Positions 39,509-49,449 of a stretch of DNA of 64,000 nt are shown here, one piece after another. This stretch comes from Squalus acanthias. Taxonomy: Eukaryota. Within the stretch, counting starts at the first letter, position 1. Each line of letters starts with the position of its first letter. The stretch lies in NCBI GenBank assembly GCA_030390025.1, contig CM059432.1:58406001-58470000 (forward strand), in the 5' to 3' direction. Below the pieces are notes generated by a model that was given only the letters and a program-made list of their open reading frames with translations, searched no databases and was not told the DNA's origin. Position numbers and translations under genes: made by a program.

Positions 39509-41317
39509 ATGGCGACCGCGGCAGGACACTGGCAGCGAGAGGGTAGTGTGTTAGACTTTGGTGTGAATGTACGAAATGTTATGCAGGAAAAGATAGCAGA
39601 TTATGTGTTCGGAAAGGTAAATCTAACTAAGAAATGGATAAGTGACTTGTTAGCGGATAAGTGTCCACTAGAGGCAGCCGAGAGGTGGACAGATAGTAAG
39701 GAACATAAAAAGACAGTCGAGAAAGCAGTCTGGTTAATGTGTTACAAAAGGCAGGTCCAGATTTCAAACCAGGTCATTACAGCGCAAACAGCTCGGATCA
39801 GGCATTTAGAGGAGGAAATGGATGAGAAGGTCTCTGGAGGGGAGTTGCTCATTAGGAATTTAAGTGCGCTGCACCGAGAACGCCAGGAAATCACCAGTCA
39901 CCACAAAGCAAAAATAGATTACCTCGAGTGTCAGGTCACTGAGGCAAAGTTAAGTGAGGGCAGACTAAAGGAACGATGTGCCCGCCAAGCTGCCCAAATA
40001 AGAACCCAGGAAGAGAGCTTAACGGGGGTTAGGGCGGCATATAAGATGGCCCTTGAGGATAAATTTCAGGGGGCCGATCATAGCGCCTGCCAACAGGAGA
40101 TAGAGCACCTCAATAGGGCCGTGAACAAAGCGCACGGCATGGTGTGCCTTATCAGTCCGTCAGCACACCAGCCGCTAGTAAATGAGGAGTTTCAGAAATC
40201 CCCACCCAATAAAGCAAAGGAAGTATTAGCCACTACGCCCTCCGCGCCACCCAGCTATTCGGAAACCTGGGTAAGGGAGGAAGTAGTAGAAGAAACAGAA
40301 GAGCCCACTGAGGAAGAAGTGGAAAAGGGACCGTTGTGTCCAGTTACGGGTATAAAAAGGGGCCCAAACAGAAACGGTGGGGAGGAACCAGGGGTTCTCC
40401 TCAACCAGCTTGTGTTGCCTCACAGCTCACACCAGCTGAGAGTTATGATAAATCACGTACGGAAGCTGACCGAGTCAGACGACCCTTCCGTACACTTTAG
40501 AGAAGTTGAGCAAACCGCAGCCATTAACGGCTGCGATGATGGGGAAACAGCAAAAATGCTGTTATTCTCATTGGGTAGTTCGATCCTTCAGTGTCTCTCG
40601 GACGAGAGCAAGAAGGGAACCAAGACCTATGAGGCATTAAGAAATGAGGTCCTAGAAGTATTGGGGACGGACGATGAAGGTCCGTTTGTTAGAGTGGGAC
40701 AGACAGTGCAGATGGAGGGAGAACCCCCGAAGGTTTTCGCCGACAGGCTGTGGCCAGTATATCAGCGCAGCTGTCCAGGTGTGCCAGAGCGCGACGCTGT
40801 GGAAGGCATCGGTTTAACTCATTGGCTCAGGTGTATAGTAGCCAACAGTTTGCCAGCCGTCAGAGAGCAGGCAAAAGCGTGGTTTGATCCCACTGACCCC
40901 AACATTACGGAGGAGTCGGTCTTAAATCGACTCACGGTAGGATACCGTAATATCAGGGGTATGGGAACACGTCCCCTTAAGGGAAAAGTACATGAGGTAC
41001 GACCCGCAGCCCCGGCTCAAAAGGAGTGGCATCAGGAGGGTAACCGCGCCCCGCAGGCAAGTAATGCTTGTTACGGGTGTGGGAGGACAGGGCACTGGCG
41101 CAAGAACTGCAGGAACCCTTGGAAGGATTCCAGGGATAAAAATCCCGCAGCCCGAGCCCAGATGCCTGTCTCTGTTAGGGAAGCTAGTGCACCCACCCCT
41201 CCCGACGACCTCGAAACAGTGTTGGGAGCCATGCGCAACTTCATGAGTGCGCATGGAAAAGTGGCGGTTGCTACCGGCCCCGTAGGTGCCACAGGCCCGT
41301 CTAACAATACCCAATGA
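39509..41317 (+). CDS. gag: Gag-like protein (N-terminal coiled coil, capsid-like region, CCHC zinc knuckle), 602 aa
   Basis: CYGCGRTGHWRKNC knuckle (41069-41110), MHR-like QMEGEPPKVFADRL, and position directly after the LTR/PBS. Confidence 0.9.
   Translation: MATAAGHWQREGSVLDFGVNVRNVMQEKIADYVFGKVNLTKKWISDLLADKCPLEAAERWTDSKEHKKTVEKAVWLMCYKRQVQISNQVITAQTARIRHLEEEMDEKVSGGELLIRNLSALHRERQEITSHHKAKIDYLECQVTEAKLSEGRLKERCARQAAQIRTQEESLTGVRAAYKMALEDKFQGADHSACQQEIEHLNRAVNKAHGMVCLISPSAHQPLVNEEFQKSPPNKAKEVLATTPSAPPSYSETWVREEVVEETEEPTEEEVEKGPLCPVTGIKRGPNRNGGEEPGVLLNQLVLPHSSHQLRVMINHVRKLTESDDPSVHFREVEQTAAINGCDDGETAKMLLFSLGSSILQCLSDESKKGTKTYEALRNEVLEVLGTDDEGPFVRVGQTVQMEGEPPKVFADRLWPVYQRSCPGVPERDAVEGIGLTHWLRCIVANSLPAVREQAKAWFDPTDPNITEESVLNRLTVGYRNIRGMGTRPLKGKVHEVRPAAPAQKEWHQEGNRAPQASNACYGCGRTGHWRKNCRNPWKDSRDKNPAARAQMPVSVREASAPTPPDDLETVLGAMRNFMSAHGKVAVATGPVGATGPSNNTQ
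39510..39527 (+). promoter_or_regulatory. Primer binding site, complementary to tRNA-Arg(TCG) 3' end
   Basis: TGGCGACCGCGGCAGGAC is the reverse complement of GTCCTGCCGCGGTCG+CCA, the vertebrate tRNA-Arg-TCG 3' end as I recall it. It lies 5 nt after the LTR. Confidence 0.85.
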
Positions 41318-42424
41318 CTAGAGCCCACGCAGCCTGCCTACCTGTGTCCTTTTAAAAGACACGCACAGGAGGGGGTCTCCTGTGAGGAGGCCAGGTTAAA
41401 AGAGCAGGCCTTGCGGGAGGAGAACGCCCGCTTAATAGGGAAAATAGATGGGCTAGAAGGGCAGCTTAGAGAGCAGGCCCTGCGGGAGGAGAACGCCCGC
41501 TTAATGGGAAAGTTAGACGTGCTCAGGCTAGAAGGGCAGCTTAGAGAAATAAAAGCAGCCTACCAGGTAGCCAGAAGCAGGGATTTAAACCAGTGCAAAC
41601 TGTACAAGCCAGGTGCACAAGGGAAAACCACAGGGGCAAACCCTGCGAGTGGGGACTCGCAGCCCCAGGTAGGACCACAAGGCACACAGGCAGGCAGAGC
41701 AGCTTGCATCAGGGAAGGAGGCATCCTGGAAAATTGTGAAGCATTTTTGTGGGGTTGGGAGTCAGATGAGGGAGAGTTCCAGGAACTCGAGTCAGATGAG
41801 GATAGTGATGAGGACGAGTGGGAATCGGAGGACACAAGGGTCGCCCCCGATTCAGGTATAGGGAGGACAGGGGCTGCAGATAGAGATCCACACAGGGTGG
41901 ACACCCAGGCTGAAGGTCCCGAACACAGGAGGGAGGAGCTAGGGGAGGCGGAGCCAGCCACTGTGGGACCACAGGGCGGGACGGCGGAAACCTCAGAGCC
42001 CGAGCCGCCCGCCTTGAACGTCCTGCCCTCGAGGGAGGTAGGGACTGCGAGTGGAGGTTCGCCTGCTGGGCCGAGCAGGGCGGTGCCACAAGCTGCAGGT
42101 CCCGAGGTCAGGGAGGCGGAGTCAGGGGAGACGGAGCCAGCGACTGTGGTGGGACCACAGGTCGTCCCGGTGGAAGTCTCGGAACCCGGTCCGTTGGTCC
42201 TGGGATTCCTGCCCCCGACAACTCCTCGTAGGTCAGGTCGGGCACCCCAGCCCAGGAAGATGTGGTCATGTCCCCAGACTGCCCCAAGGCGCAGGCTCAA
42301 GGTTAAGGCAGCCCAGGAAGGGCCCAGTCCCATCGCAGCAGCAACAGGCTGCGGCAGATCAAAGGAAGGGGTCAGTGCCCTCCCACCGTCGGGAAGAGCT
42401 CGCAGCAGCCTTCTCAGAATTTAA
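41318..42424 (+). CDS. 368 aa ORF in frame with gag after TGA-CTAG; coiled-coil repeat plus acidic/Pro-rich region; no PR/RT/RH/IN motifs
   Basis: The frame is open from 41318 to TAA at 42422-42424, in the same frame as gag. Confidence 0.65.
   Translation, partial: LEPTQPAYLCPFKRHAQEGVSCEEARLKEQALREENARLIGKIDGLEGQLREQALREENARLMGKLDVLRLEGQLREIKAAYQVARSRDLNQCKLYKPGAQGKTTGANPASGDSQPQVGPQGTQAGRAACIREGGILENCEAFLWGWESDEGEFQELESDEDSDEDEWESEDTRVAPDSGIGRTGAADRDPHRVDTQAEGPEHRREELGEAEPATVGPQGGTAETSEPEPPALNVLPSREVGTASGGSPAGPSRAVPQAAGPEVREAESGETEPATVVGPQVVPVEVSEPGPLVLGFLPPTTPRRSGRAPQPRKMWSCPQTAPRRRLKVKAAQEGPSPIAAATGCGRSKEGVSALPPSGRARSSLLRI
41399..41548 (+). repeat. In-frame tandem duplication (~69/75 nt) encoding EQALREENARL...LEGQLR twice
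   Basis: Direct reading. Confidence 0.9.
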
Positions 42425-42724
42425 AGGGGCCGCCCTGGGAACGGGCGGCGCTGTACAGTAATAAGTTTAGGATAAGTTTCTAAGTTTATAGTTTAAGGTT
42501 AAGAATAAGTTTATAGTTTTAAATCAGGTTAAGTTTGTAGTTTAATTTTAACAGAAAATGGTAAAATGATGGGAGCTTTAGAGATAGGTTTAGTTAAGGT
42601 TTATCCAGCGAACATTGAAGTTTACGTGAGGCGAGGTCAGGGGACCCGCTCACCCTTCACAAAAGCCAGAGACTCTTGCGAGGCTGGCTACCTCATTCTA
42701 TCTGATCACAGGAACCAAGGAAGG

Positions 42725-45076
42725 ATGGAACGAATTCTAGTATTGCTCGCGGCAATCGGATGTGGATTGGCCTATCGAGGCCGTACCAAGGATGTCGTGG
42801 TGTTTGGATGCTCCGGGGACACGGCCCCCATCGCGGTGGATGGGACCGGAAGACGGGAGGCTGAGGAGACCACCACCTATTTCCACAAGGGAAGGTGGCC
42901 AGGATGGCTGGGAACGAACTCAACGGAGTATTCCAGCACATCAGGGTTTGCCTACCAAGAGACTTCTTTACTGTGCCCCAAAGTAAGGATCATCGCACCC
43001 AGGATCAGCGTCACCGTCGGCAAACGGATTTGTTTGACTTGTAGTGGGAATGTCCCATTGAGCCGATGGTGGTGGCTGCGAAAGCTGAGCAAAAACATGA
43101 GGAACTCTTCGGTCGAGTGGGAACGACTGGGTAATAATACCCATCGGACAATTACGGGGACAAACGGACAAGTGAGAGTCTGTTGGGACAAATGGTGGGT
43201 ACCGGATGAGGGAATTTATGTATGTATGTGGGGGTCAAAGTACGCTTGCCCCAAAGGCATCTCCATATTTTTCATTCATCAATGGCAGGATAACGGACAG
43301 GGGATGAGGTGGGATGCGAGCACCAGGGGGTGCGGAGCCCCATACTCTTCGATCCCGGTAAATACCACTGAGCTCATTACGCGCCCACGCAAAGCCCCGC
43401 CCACGATTCCGGTGGTTCTAGCTGAAGAGGAAGGGTGCCCTAAAACTAGTAAGGGACCCGGGAATGGTTTGGTACTGGTCCCCACAGACCAGATACTATT
43501 TCAGGGGGTACATTACGCGGTGGCCTCGGTGATTTTAAATCTCACCGAGGTGCGGTTACCAGAGTGGTGCCCCAAAAAGACGGAACAGTTATATCAGGTC
43601 CTGTTGACCAAGATGTTCAGACAATTTTACGAATTCGATTTCGCGGAAATTGATAAAACAAGTCTGTACACCGCACCACATGAAGTTTTGGATCAAGTAG
43701 GGAGGCAAAGAAGGGGTGTAGTGAACGACGTGTTCACTGCTTTTAACACGGGTACATCTGTGGTCAACGCTCTAGACAGTGTGGAGCTGCAGACCCAGAT
43801 TAATGGTTTAAAGACGCAATTAAAAGACATTCTAACAGATGAGAATAAAGTGGTTGGGTCAGGTTTACACGAGGACCAAGCCATGACTCTCCATTTAAAA
43901 GAAATTATAGCAGAGTTAGAGAAACATGCAAAGACGGTAAATGCCCTGATTAGGGAAGATCGGAATGCATCCGATCAAGCTGCGCAGAACGAGGTGTGCG
44001 TGATTTACGGGGCGTGGTTACTGGGCGAGGGCCGCAGTAATTTGGAGGATTTAAAACAAGGTTTGGTCCCGTCCTGGATAAGTAACAAACACCTGCGGGC
44101 GCTCCACCCTTTTCAGAACGCATTAAGCCCGTGCCAGCTCAGGCTAGCTTCAGAAGCTTACCCAGTCCCCGTGGACTGCGGACGATCAAACCATACTATC
44201 ATGGGTATAGTATTACGTATGCCGGTTTTGGGCGACACAGCAAAGCCCGCCCCGGTGTATCGGGTAGAGAACATTGGTGTCATTCAGGGGGGAGCCCACA
44301 TTCGCTATGCAGCGGTTCCACCCTACGTCATCCGCTGGGAGCAAACGATGACAGGTACAGATCTCTCTGGTTGTCGTGGCAGGGGAGCACACATAATACT
44401 GTGTCCCCAGCACTTGAATGCCTTTTTAACACCACAGTGCGGGTTCAGAACGGCTGGCGCCAAGTCCATGAATTGCACCATGGAGGCAATGGCACAAGAT
44501 CATGTGCCTCCGCAGGTAGCATACATCGGGGGTGGAACATATTGTGTTACCACTGCAGCGCAACACTACCAGCATGGAAACCGTAGCCGGTGTCCGGTGA
44601 GTGACAGCAGTTTCTGTTTCAAACCCAGGGCGGAAGTTCAAGTAGCACAACGGCGAATTGTCCCAATCCCTGAACCATCCACTGTTCATCTAACAGTAAA
44701 AGAGAATTTCACCGACTTGCAGCGATTCGTCGCGCATTTCGGATACCTCATTCCCCCTCTCCCTGAACACCTCACCAAGCTTTTAAAAGCCGTCGCGGTG
44801 TCACAGAAACATTTTTACACATTAGAACAGAAAACTGTCGAAATAGGAACAGACATTCTGGATATAGTAATTCCACCGTGGTGGAATCTGTTCACCAATA
44901 TTGAAGTGCCTTCATGGATCAGAATAGCCTCCCACATTTTAGTCGTATGCCAAGTTTTTATTGTAGTGTACCTATTGATCGTACATTGTAAAAGAGGCAA
45001 ACGCCTCACCAAGCATGAAAACACAGGAGAGTGGCGAGAACGTTACGTGCGCGTGCACGATGAAAGCACCGTGTAA
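42725..45076 (+). CDS. env: Envelope / class I fusion-type glycoprotein, 783 aa from the signal-peptide ATG (ORF open from 42566)
   Basis: Signal peptide MERILVLLAAIGCGLA, Ig-like segment, furin site RQRR (43703-43714) followed by a heptad region, Cys-rich region, TM HILVVCQVFIVVYLLIV and a basic tail. Confidence 0.88.
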   Translation: MERILVLLAAIGCGLAYRGRTKDVVVFGCSGDTAPIAVDGTGRREAEETTTYFHKGRWPGWLGTNSTEYSSTSGFAYQETSLLCPKVRIIAPRISVTVGKRICLTCSGNVPLSRWWWLRKLSKNMRNSSVEWERLGNNTHRTITGTNGQVRVCWDKWWVPDEGIYVCMWGSKYACPKGISIFFIHQWQDNGQGMRWDASTRGCGAPYSSIPVNTTELITRPRKAPPTIPVVLAEEEGCPKTSKGPGNGLVLVPTDQILFQGVHYAVASVILNLTEVRLPEWCPKKTEQLYQVLLTKMFRQFYEFDFAEIDKTSLYTAPHEVLDQVGRQRRGVVNDVFTAFNTGTSVVNALDSVELQTQINGLKTQLKDILTDENKVVGSGLHEDQAMTLHLKEIIAELEKHAKTVNALIREDRNASDQAAQNEVCVIYGAWLLGEGRSNLEDLKQGLVPSWISNKHLRALHPFQNALSPCQLRLASEAYPVPVDCGRSNHTIMGIVLRMPVLGDTAKPAPVYRVENIGVIQGGAHIRYAAVPPYVIRWEQTMTGTDLSGCRGRGAHIILCPQHLNAFLTPQCGFRTAGAKSMNCTMEAMAQDHVPPQVAYIGGGTYCVTTAAQHYQHGNRSRCPVSDSSFCFKPRAEVQVAQRRIVPIPEPSTVHLTVKENFTDLQRFVAHFGYLIPPLPEHLTKLLKAVAVSQKHFYTLEQKTVEIGTDILDIVIPPWWNLFTNIEVPSWIRIASHILVVCQVFIVVYLLIVHCKRGKRLTKHENTGEWRERYVRVHDESTV

Positions 45077-45523
45077 TCGGAAAATGGCGTCACTCCCGCT
45101 CGCCACGTGCGCCGCGGAGGTTTGTACTCGATCATGATTTTCAAAGACTGTAAATACGTTTGGAACTCGACATGTGTTAAGAGTTGGTGTTGATTATTTT
45201 GGTGATGGTGTTGTAGTTAAAAATGATTGTTTGGTTTTGGTTTTGTTTTTCCTTTCCCTAAATAAAAATATGAATATACAGGTGATACGAGAGGCATCGG
45301 CCTGGTTACGCCTGGAAGGAAAACAAGTGGTGTAAGTTTAAAGGCAAATAATGCCTACGGTGCTATAAAATGTAATTTTCTTGGGAAATAAGGACGACGC
45401 AAAGACCCTAGATAGTTTAAGTTATGGGATTAAATTTTCTGGATCTGGAGAAATCGAGATAATATTGCTCACCACAATATTTTTGATACGATAAGCGGAG
45501 TTATTCGCATCAACAGGAGGTAC

Positions 45524-46887
45524 TGTAGAATTCGCAATATATCGCGATTTTATAAATAAGGAGAAAACACATAGTTTCGTTCAAACAGCTTTATTTCAGC
45601 AGAATGCTGTCAGGTTTTCAAAGTGGACACAAGCAGCCTGTAAAATGGCCGCCGAGCATCGTGGCAGAAGCTTCCAGAATACAGTGGGCAGACAAGATGG
45701 CGTTCGAATAAACATTTCAGTATCAGATTGGTTAATACGCAGCAAACACTGATAAAGACAGGATGCAACCTGTCTGCATTCGACACAATAGCAAAGATAT
45801 AAGTGCTGGAATCATTTTCCATGCACAAGTAAGGACCATTGTAATGGGCAATCGAAGGCCCATCCAGACACAGCAATACACATCAGTATTCGAGAAGGCC
45901 CCAAACCCAGTCAGGGAGACTCCTAGCCGGCTCGACAATGGGGAAAACATTAACGGCTACTTGGCCAGTTTAAGGTGCTACCGAAACCCATTAAAGGAAA
46001 GAATCGCCCCATGCTGGGAGTTTTGTGCACTAGCATTTCACAAAGGACAAACATTAAGATTTGAGCGGGAGATAAGGGAACACAGCACTATAACTATAGT
46101 GAACAAATGTCCATCAAGGGCTTATTCTCTGGATTCGACTTATATCTCTGCTGACTTTTGACTCGGGCTGGACTCTTGACTGATTGATCTCGCTGATGAC
46201 TGCTGAACTTTTATTCTCCTATTCTGATCCTCGGGTATCGCTCTGCTGGACGAGCAGCCTTCTGTTTTTCTCTGGACTCTGTTGACTACGAGACGAGACG
46301 AGAAGAAGAGGAGAAGAATCCACGTACCGCCACGGTCAGTAAACCCCGACCGCGCCCGAAAATACAAGAAAGAACTGCAGCGAAACGAGCCGAGTGCCTT
46401 ACTTTAAAATTCTCCGAGTTATCACGAGTGGTGAGCATGAGTCTCGATCCTACATATCTAGATTAGTGTAGGTATTAATAGGGGAGGGTGGTTTTAAGTT
46501 TTAAGGATAACTGTAATGTGTGCCCCCATCTATGATGTGTCGTTCGTTCCTCGTTTCCCTGAAATTAGTTACATAACTGCGTGTAAGATTGTACTGTCAT
46601 TAATCTGTGCTTATGACATGTATTTCGTAATCTTAAATAATATGCAATAAAGATTTTCCATTTCGTACCATTCAACCGGGTCTACCTGAGTTTTCTCTCC
46701 ATTACTGCTCTCGCATCTAAGTCCAGTGTCAGAACCGTAAGGGCGAGTGGGTCGAACCACTCACAGGTGTCTAGTGCTCCCAGACTGGCTGGAGACCAGA
46801 ACAGGCAACAAGGCCTAACCTCGCACTAGCATCCAGGCTGCACAGAGCCACACGAATCTCACAGGCTGAGAGACGAAAACCCTTACA
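45524..46887 (+). repeat. 3' LTR, preceded by short purine tract AACAGGAGG
   Basis: Direct repeat of 38141-39504. Confidence 0.97.
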
Positions 46888-47075
46888 CCAGTGCGCTCAG
46901 CCGTTTCTTGATGTCACATGGAGTGAATCAAATTGGCTGAAGACTGGCTTCTGTGATGGTGGGGACCTCAGGAGGAGGCCGATATGGATCATCCACTCGG
47001 CACTTCTGGCTGAAGATGGTTGCAAACGCTTCAGCCTTGTCTTTTGCACTCAAGTGCTGGGCTCCACCATCATTG
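46888..47075 (-). mobile_element. Continuation of the LINE interrupted by the LTR element
   Basis: Removing the element restores GCTGTATCCAGTGCGCTCAGCCGTTTC, a continuous LINE reading frame. Confidence 0.85.
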
Positions 47076-47329
47076 ATACGCTAAATGATTGCTTGCTCCA
47101 AGTATTAACTCGAGAAGACATGGGCAATATGCCCGCCATAATCAGTATTCATCCAAGTAGAACTACCGACTGCAACATAAAAAGGTGGTGATCCTACTCA
47201 GACTAAACTAGCTCTAAACAAATTAATTTCCAGGAATGTGTACAATTTATCTCTAAGAGAGAGAAAAAGGGTCATAATTGTGAGATGGTAACACCATTAT
47301 GAGAGAGTCAATAAACACTGGGAAAAGAG

Positions 47330-47490
47330 TCAACTTCTATTTATATAGCAGATTTCACATCCTCAGGATGTTGCAAAGAACATCACAGGTAATAAATTAC
47401 TTTTGGAAGTATAGTCACTACTGTAATGTAAGCCAACACTACAGCTAACTGGCACACACAAAGGTTTCACACCAGATAATCTGTTTTATT
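47330..47490 (-). mobile_element. Decayed SINE 3' tail
   Basis: TATTTATATAGCAGATTTCACATCCTCAGGATG resembles 14140-14235. Confidence 0.55.
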
Positions 47491-47494
47491 AATC

Positions 47495-47930
47495 ATCCAG
47501 GTGAATATCCACTTCCCACGCAGCACTCAATGTTTATTTTAAGGCAATCCTCTATACCTGATGTATTTGAAGGAGAAGGCAGACTTGAAGTATGCGTCCT
47601 AGCTGACAAGGCTACCCTCTGCATATCAGCAAATAACACCCGATAGAGCAAGATCCATGCATCTGTGGAGGGTGATAAACAGCATGTCAGATGCTGGACT
47701 AAATCAGGGGGCAAATTGTAGTGCAGCTCCATCAGAGTCCCCAAGAATATCGTTGTCTGCTGCATGCTTCACCATTTTGCTATCCAAAGAGGCCTAAATA
47801 TGGAGGTGGTGGAGGAGGAGGTCTATCTGCAGCCAAACCAGAAAATGATATTGACAATAATTTGGAGGATGTCACCAGCGAAACAGCTTTGTAGCTAGGA
47901 AGGGTTGTATGCCAGGCTCTCATGGATTAC
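47495..47930 (+). pseudogene. Old Harbinger transposase C-terminal fragment
   Basis: FILRQSSIPDVFEG, LADK and IVVCCMLH motifs. Confidence 0.7.
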
Positions 47931-47949
47931 CTTCACTGTAATACCTTCT

Positions 47950-49442
47950 GGATTAGAAATTCATTATAGCCCAGGAATGGGCGGTATCTTTAGAAAAGTT
48001 TGAGAATTGGCACCAGGCGCTAATGCTTTAGACTGCACGCAAAATTCATTATCACTGCTCAAATACATGATTGGGCGCTAAATCAAGTCTTAAAGGCTTA
48101 GCTCATTGGCGTTACACTGAAAGGGTGGACCAATATCGGGTGCAGTCTAATCTCAACTCTTCATTGCCACAGGTTTTTCCCAGTACTTAAAGGGGAGGTT
48201 CATTGATACTGCAGCACCTCATTGTCAGCATTGTTGGCTGTGCAGCTGCCTCAGCAAGGAGAAGCACAACAAGGAGAAGGAGCCGGAGGACTGAAGCAGG
48301 TGTGCTCATGGCAGATCCACCTCAGTCGAGTGGTAGCCTTTGCATTACGGAAGATCTCAGGATTGTTGTGCAGTGCCCGCAAAGCCACATGGGTGCAGTC
48401 AATGGCATCCTGCACCATGGGGAATCCCGCTATCCTGACAAAGCCACATGCACACTCGCCCTGCTTCTTTCTGGTGATGGGGAAGGAAATGTATTCCCTT
48501 CTCCTTCTGTACATAGCATCTGTGACCTGGTGGATGCAGCGATGGATGGCGAACTGCGAGATGTTAGTTATGTCTCCTGTTGCAGACTGGAAGGATCTGC
48601 TGGCGAAGAAATTGAGGGCGGCGGTGACCTTGACTGCTACTGTGAGAGCCGTGTCGCCCTGGTCTGAGGCTGGAGGTCTGGTTGCAGGAGGTGGCAGAGT
48701 TCTGTGACCACCTCCTTGGTGAAGCGGAGCCTTCTAATCCACTGCTCCTCGCTTAATTGGAGGTAGGAGACGTGCTCTCGGAATACCCTCGGAGGGTAAG
48801 TCCTCCTGTTGAGAGCCCTAATGGCCCTCCTCCTCCTTCTGGCCACATCTTGTAATCTTTCTCGCTGCCTCCGCTCCCTCCGCAGTAGATCCTGGAGGGC
48901 GAGGTCGACTGCCAGTACAGCCCCCATTAATGTAACCAAGTGTAGCAGTTTGAATTAAAAAAAAATAAATGTAGCTACTTTTTAGTTGCCACAACACTCC
49001 TCATACAAAATAACCTTGAAATTATTGAATTAAACTGTTGCACTATGTGAAACTGACAAGAAACCACTGAAACTCCATTAATCTGACAGCTGCGAGTCGT
49101 TACTGATGATCCCTTTAAATATCATCCCTGTAGCTGGCTTTCTGCTGCTTCTTGCCAACTCTCCCTGTCACTGTTTACTCCAGGCGCTAAGGTAGGTGAC
49201 GACAATCAATTTCACAGATTGGGCACTCACCGAGTGTTGCACACTCACTGACATCACAATCCAACTGGCATTGAGGTTCCCAGCGATAACTGTTAGCGGT
49301 GGCTCTGCGGTGGGGGGGGGGGGGGGGCAGGATTTGATGAGCAGCATTGGATTTGCCTCGCCCCGGTGATAATACTCTACAAACCTGTTAGTGCCATCTG
49401 TTGGTGCTAACAGGAGGCGCTAAGCTACCGAATTTTCCCCCC
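47950..49442 (-). mobile_element. Internally deleted Harbinger retaining the transposase N-terminal half (~48320-48930)
   Basis: RRTYPPRVFRE, RLRFTKEVVTELCHLLQ, AIDCTHVAL. TIR-like ends GGATTAGAAATT / AATTTTCCCCCC. Confidence 0.8.
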
Positions 49443-49449
49443 AAGGATT

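Larger units (their letters stand above)
38141..46887 (+). mobile_element. Young pol-less LTR retroelement / endogenous retrovirus-like element (gag - readthrough ORF - env)
   Basis: Two 1364 bp LTRs (TGTA...TACA), TSD CCAG (38137-38140 and 46888-46891), PBS, short purine tract, three open ORFs. Confidence 0.97.

Noticed and set aside
41560..42333. 257 aa antisense ORF opposite ORF X
   Set aside because: Shadow of a GC-rich, low-complexity sense frame; no independent evidence.
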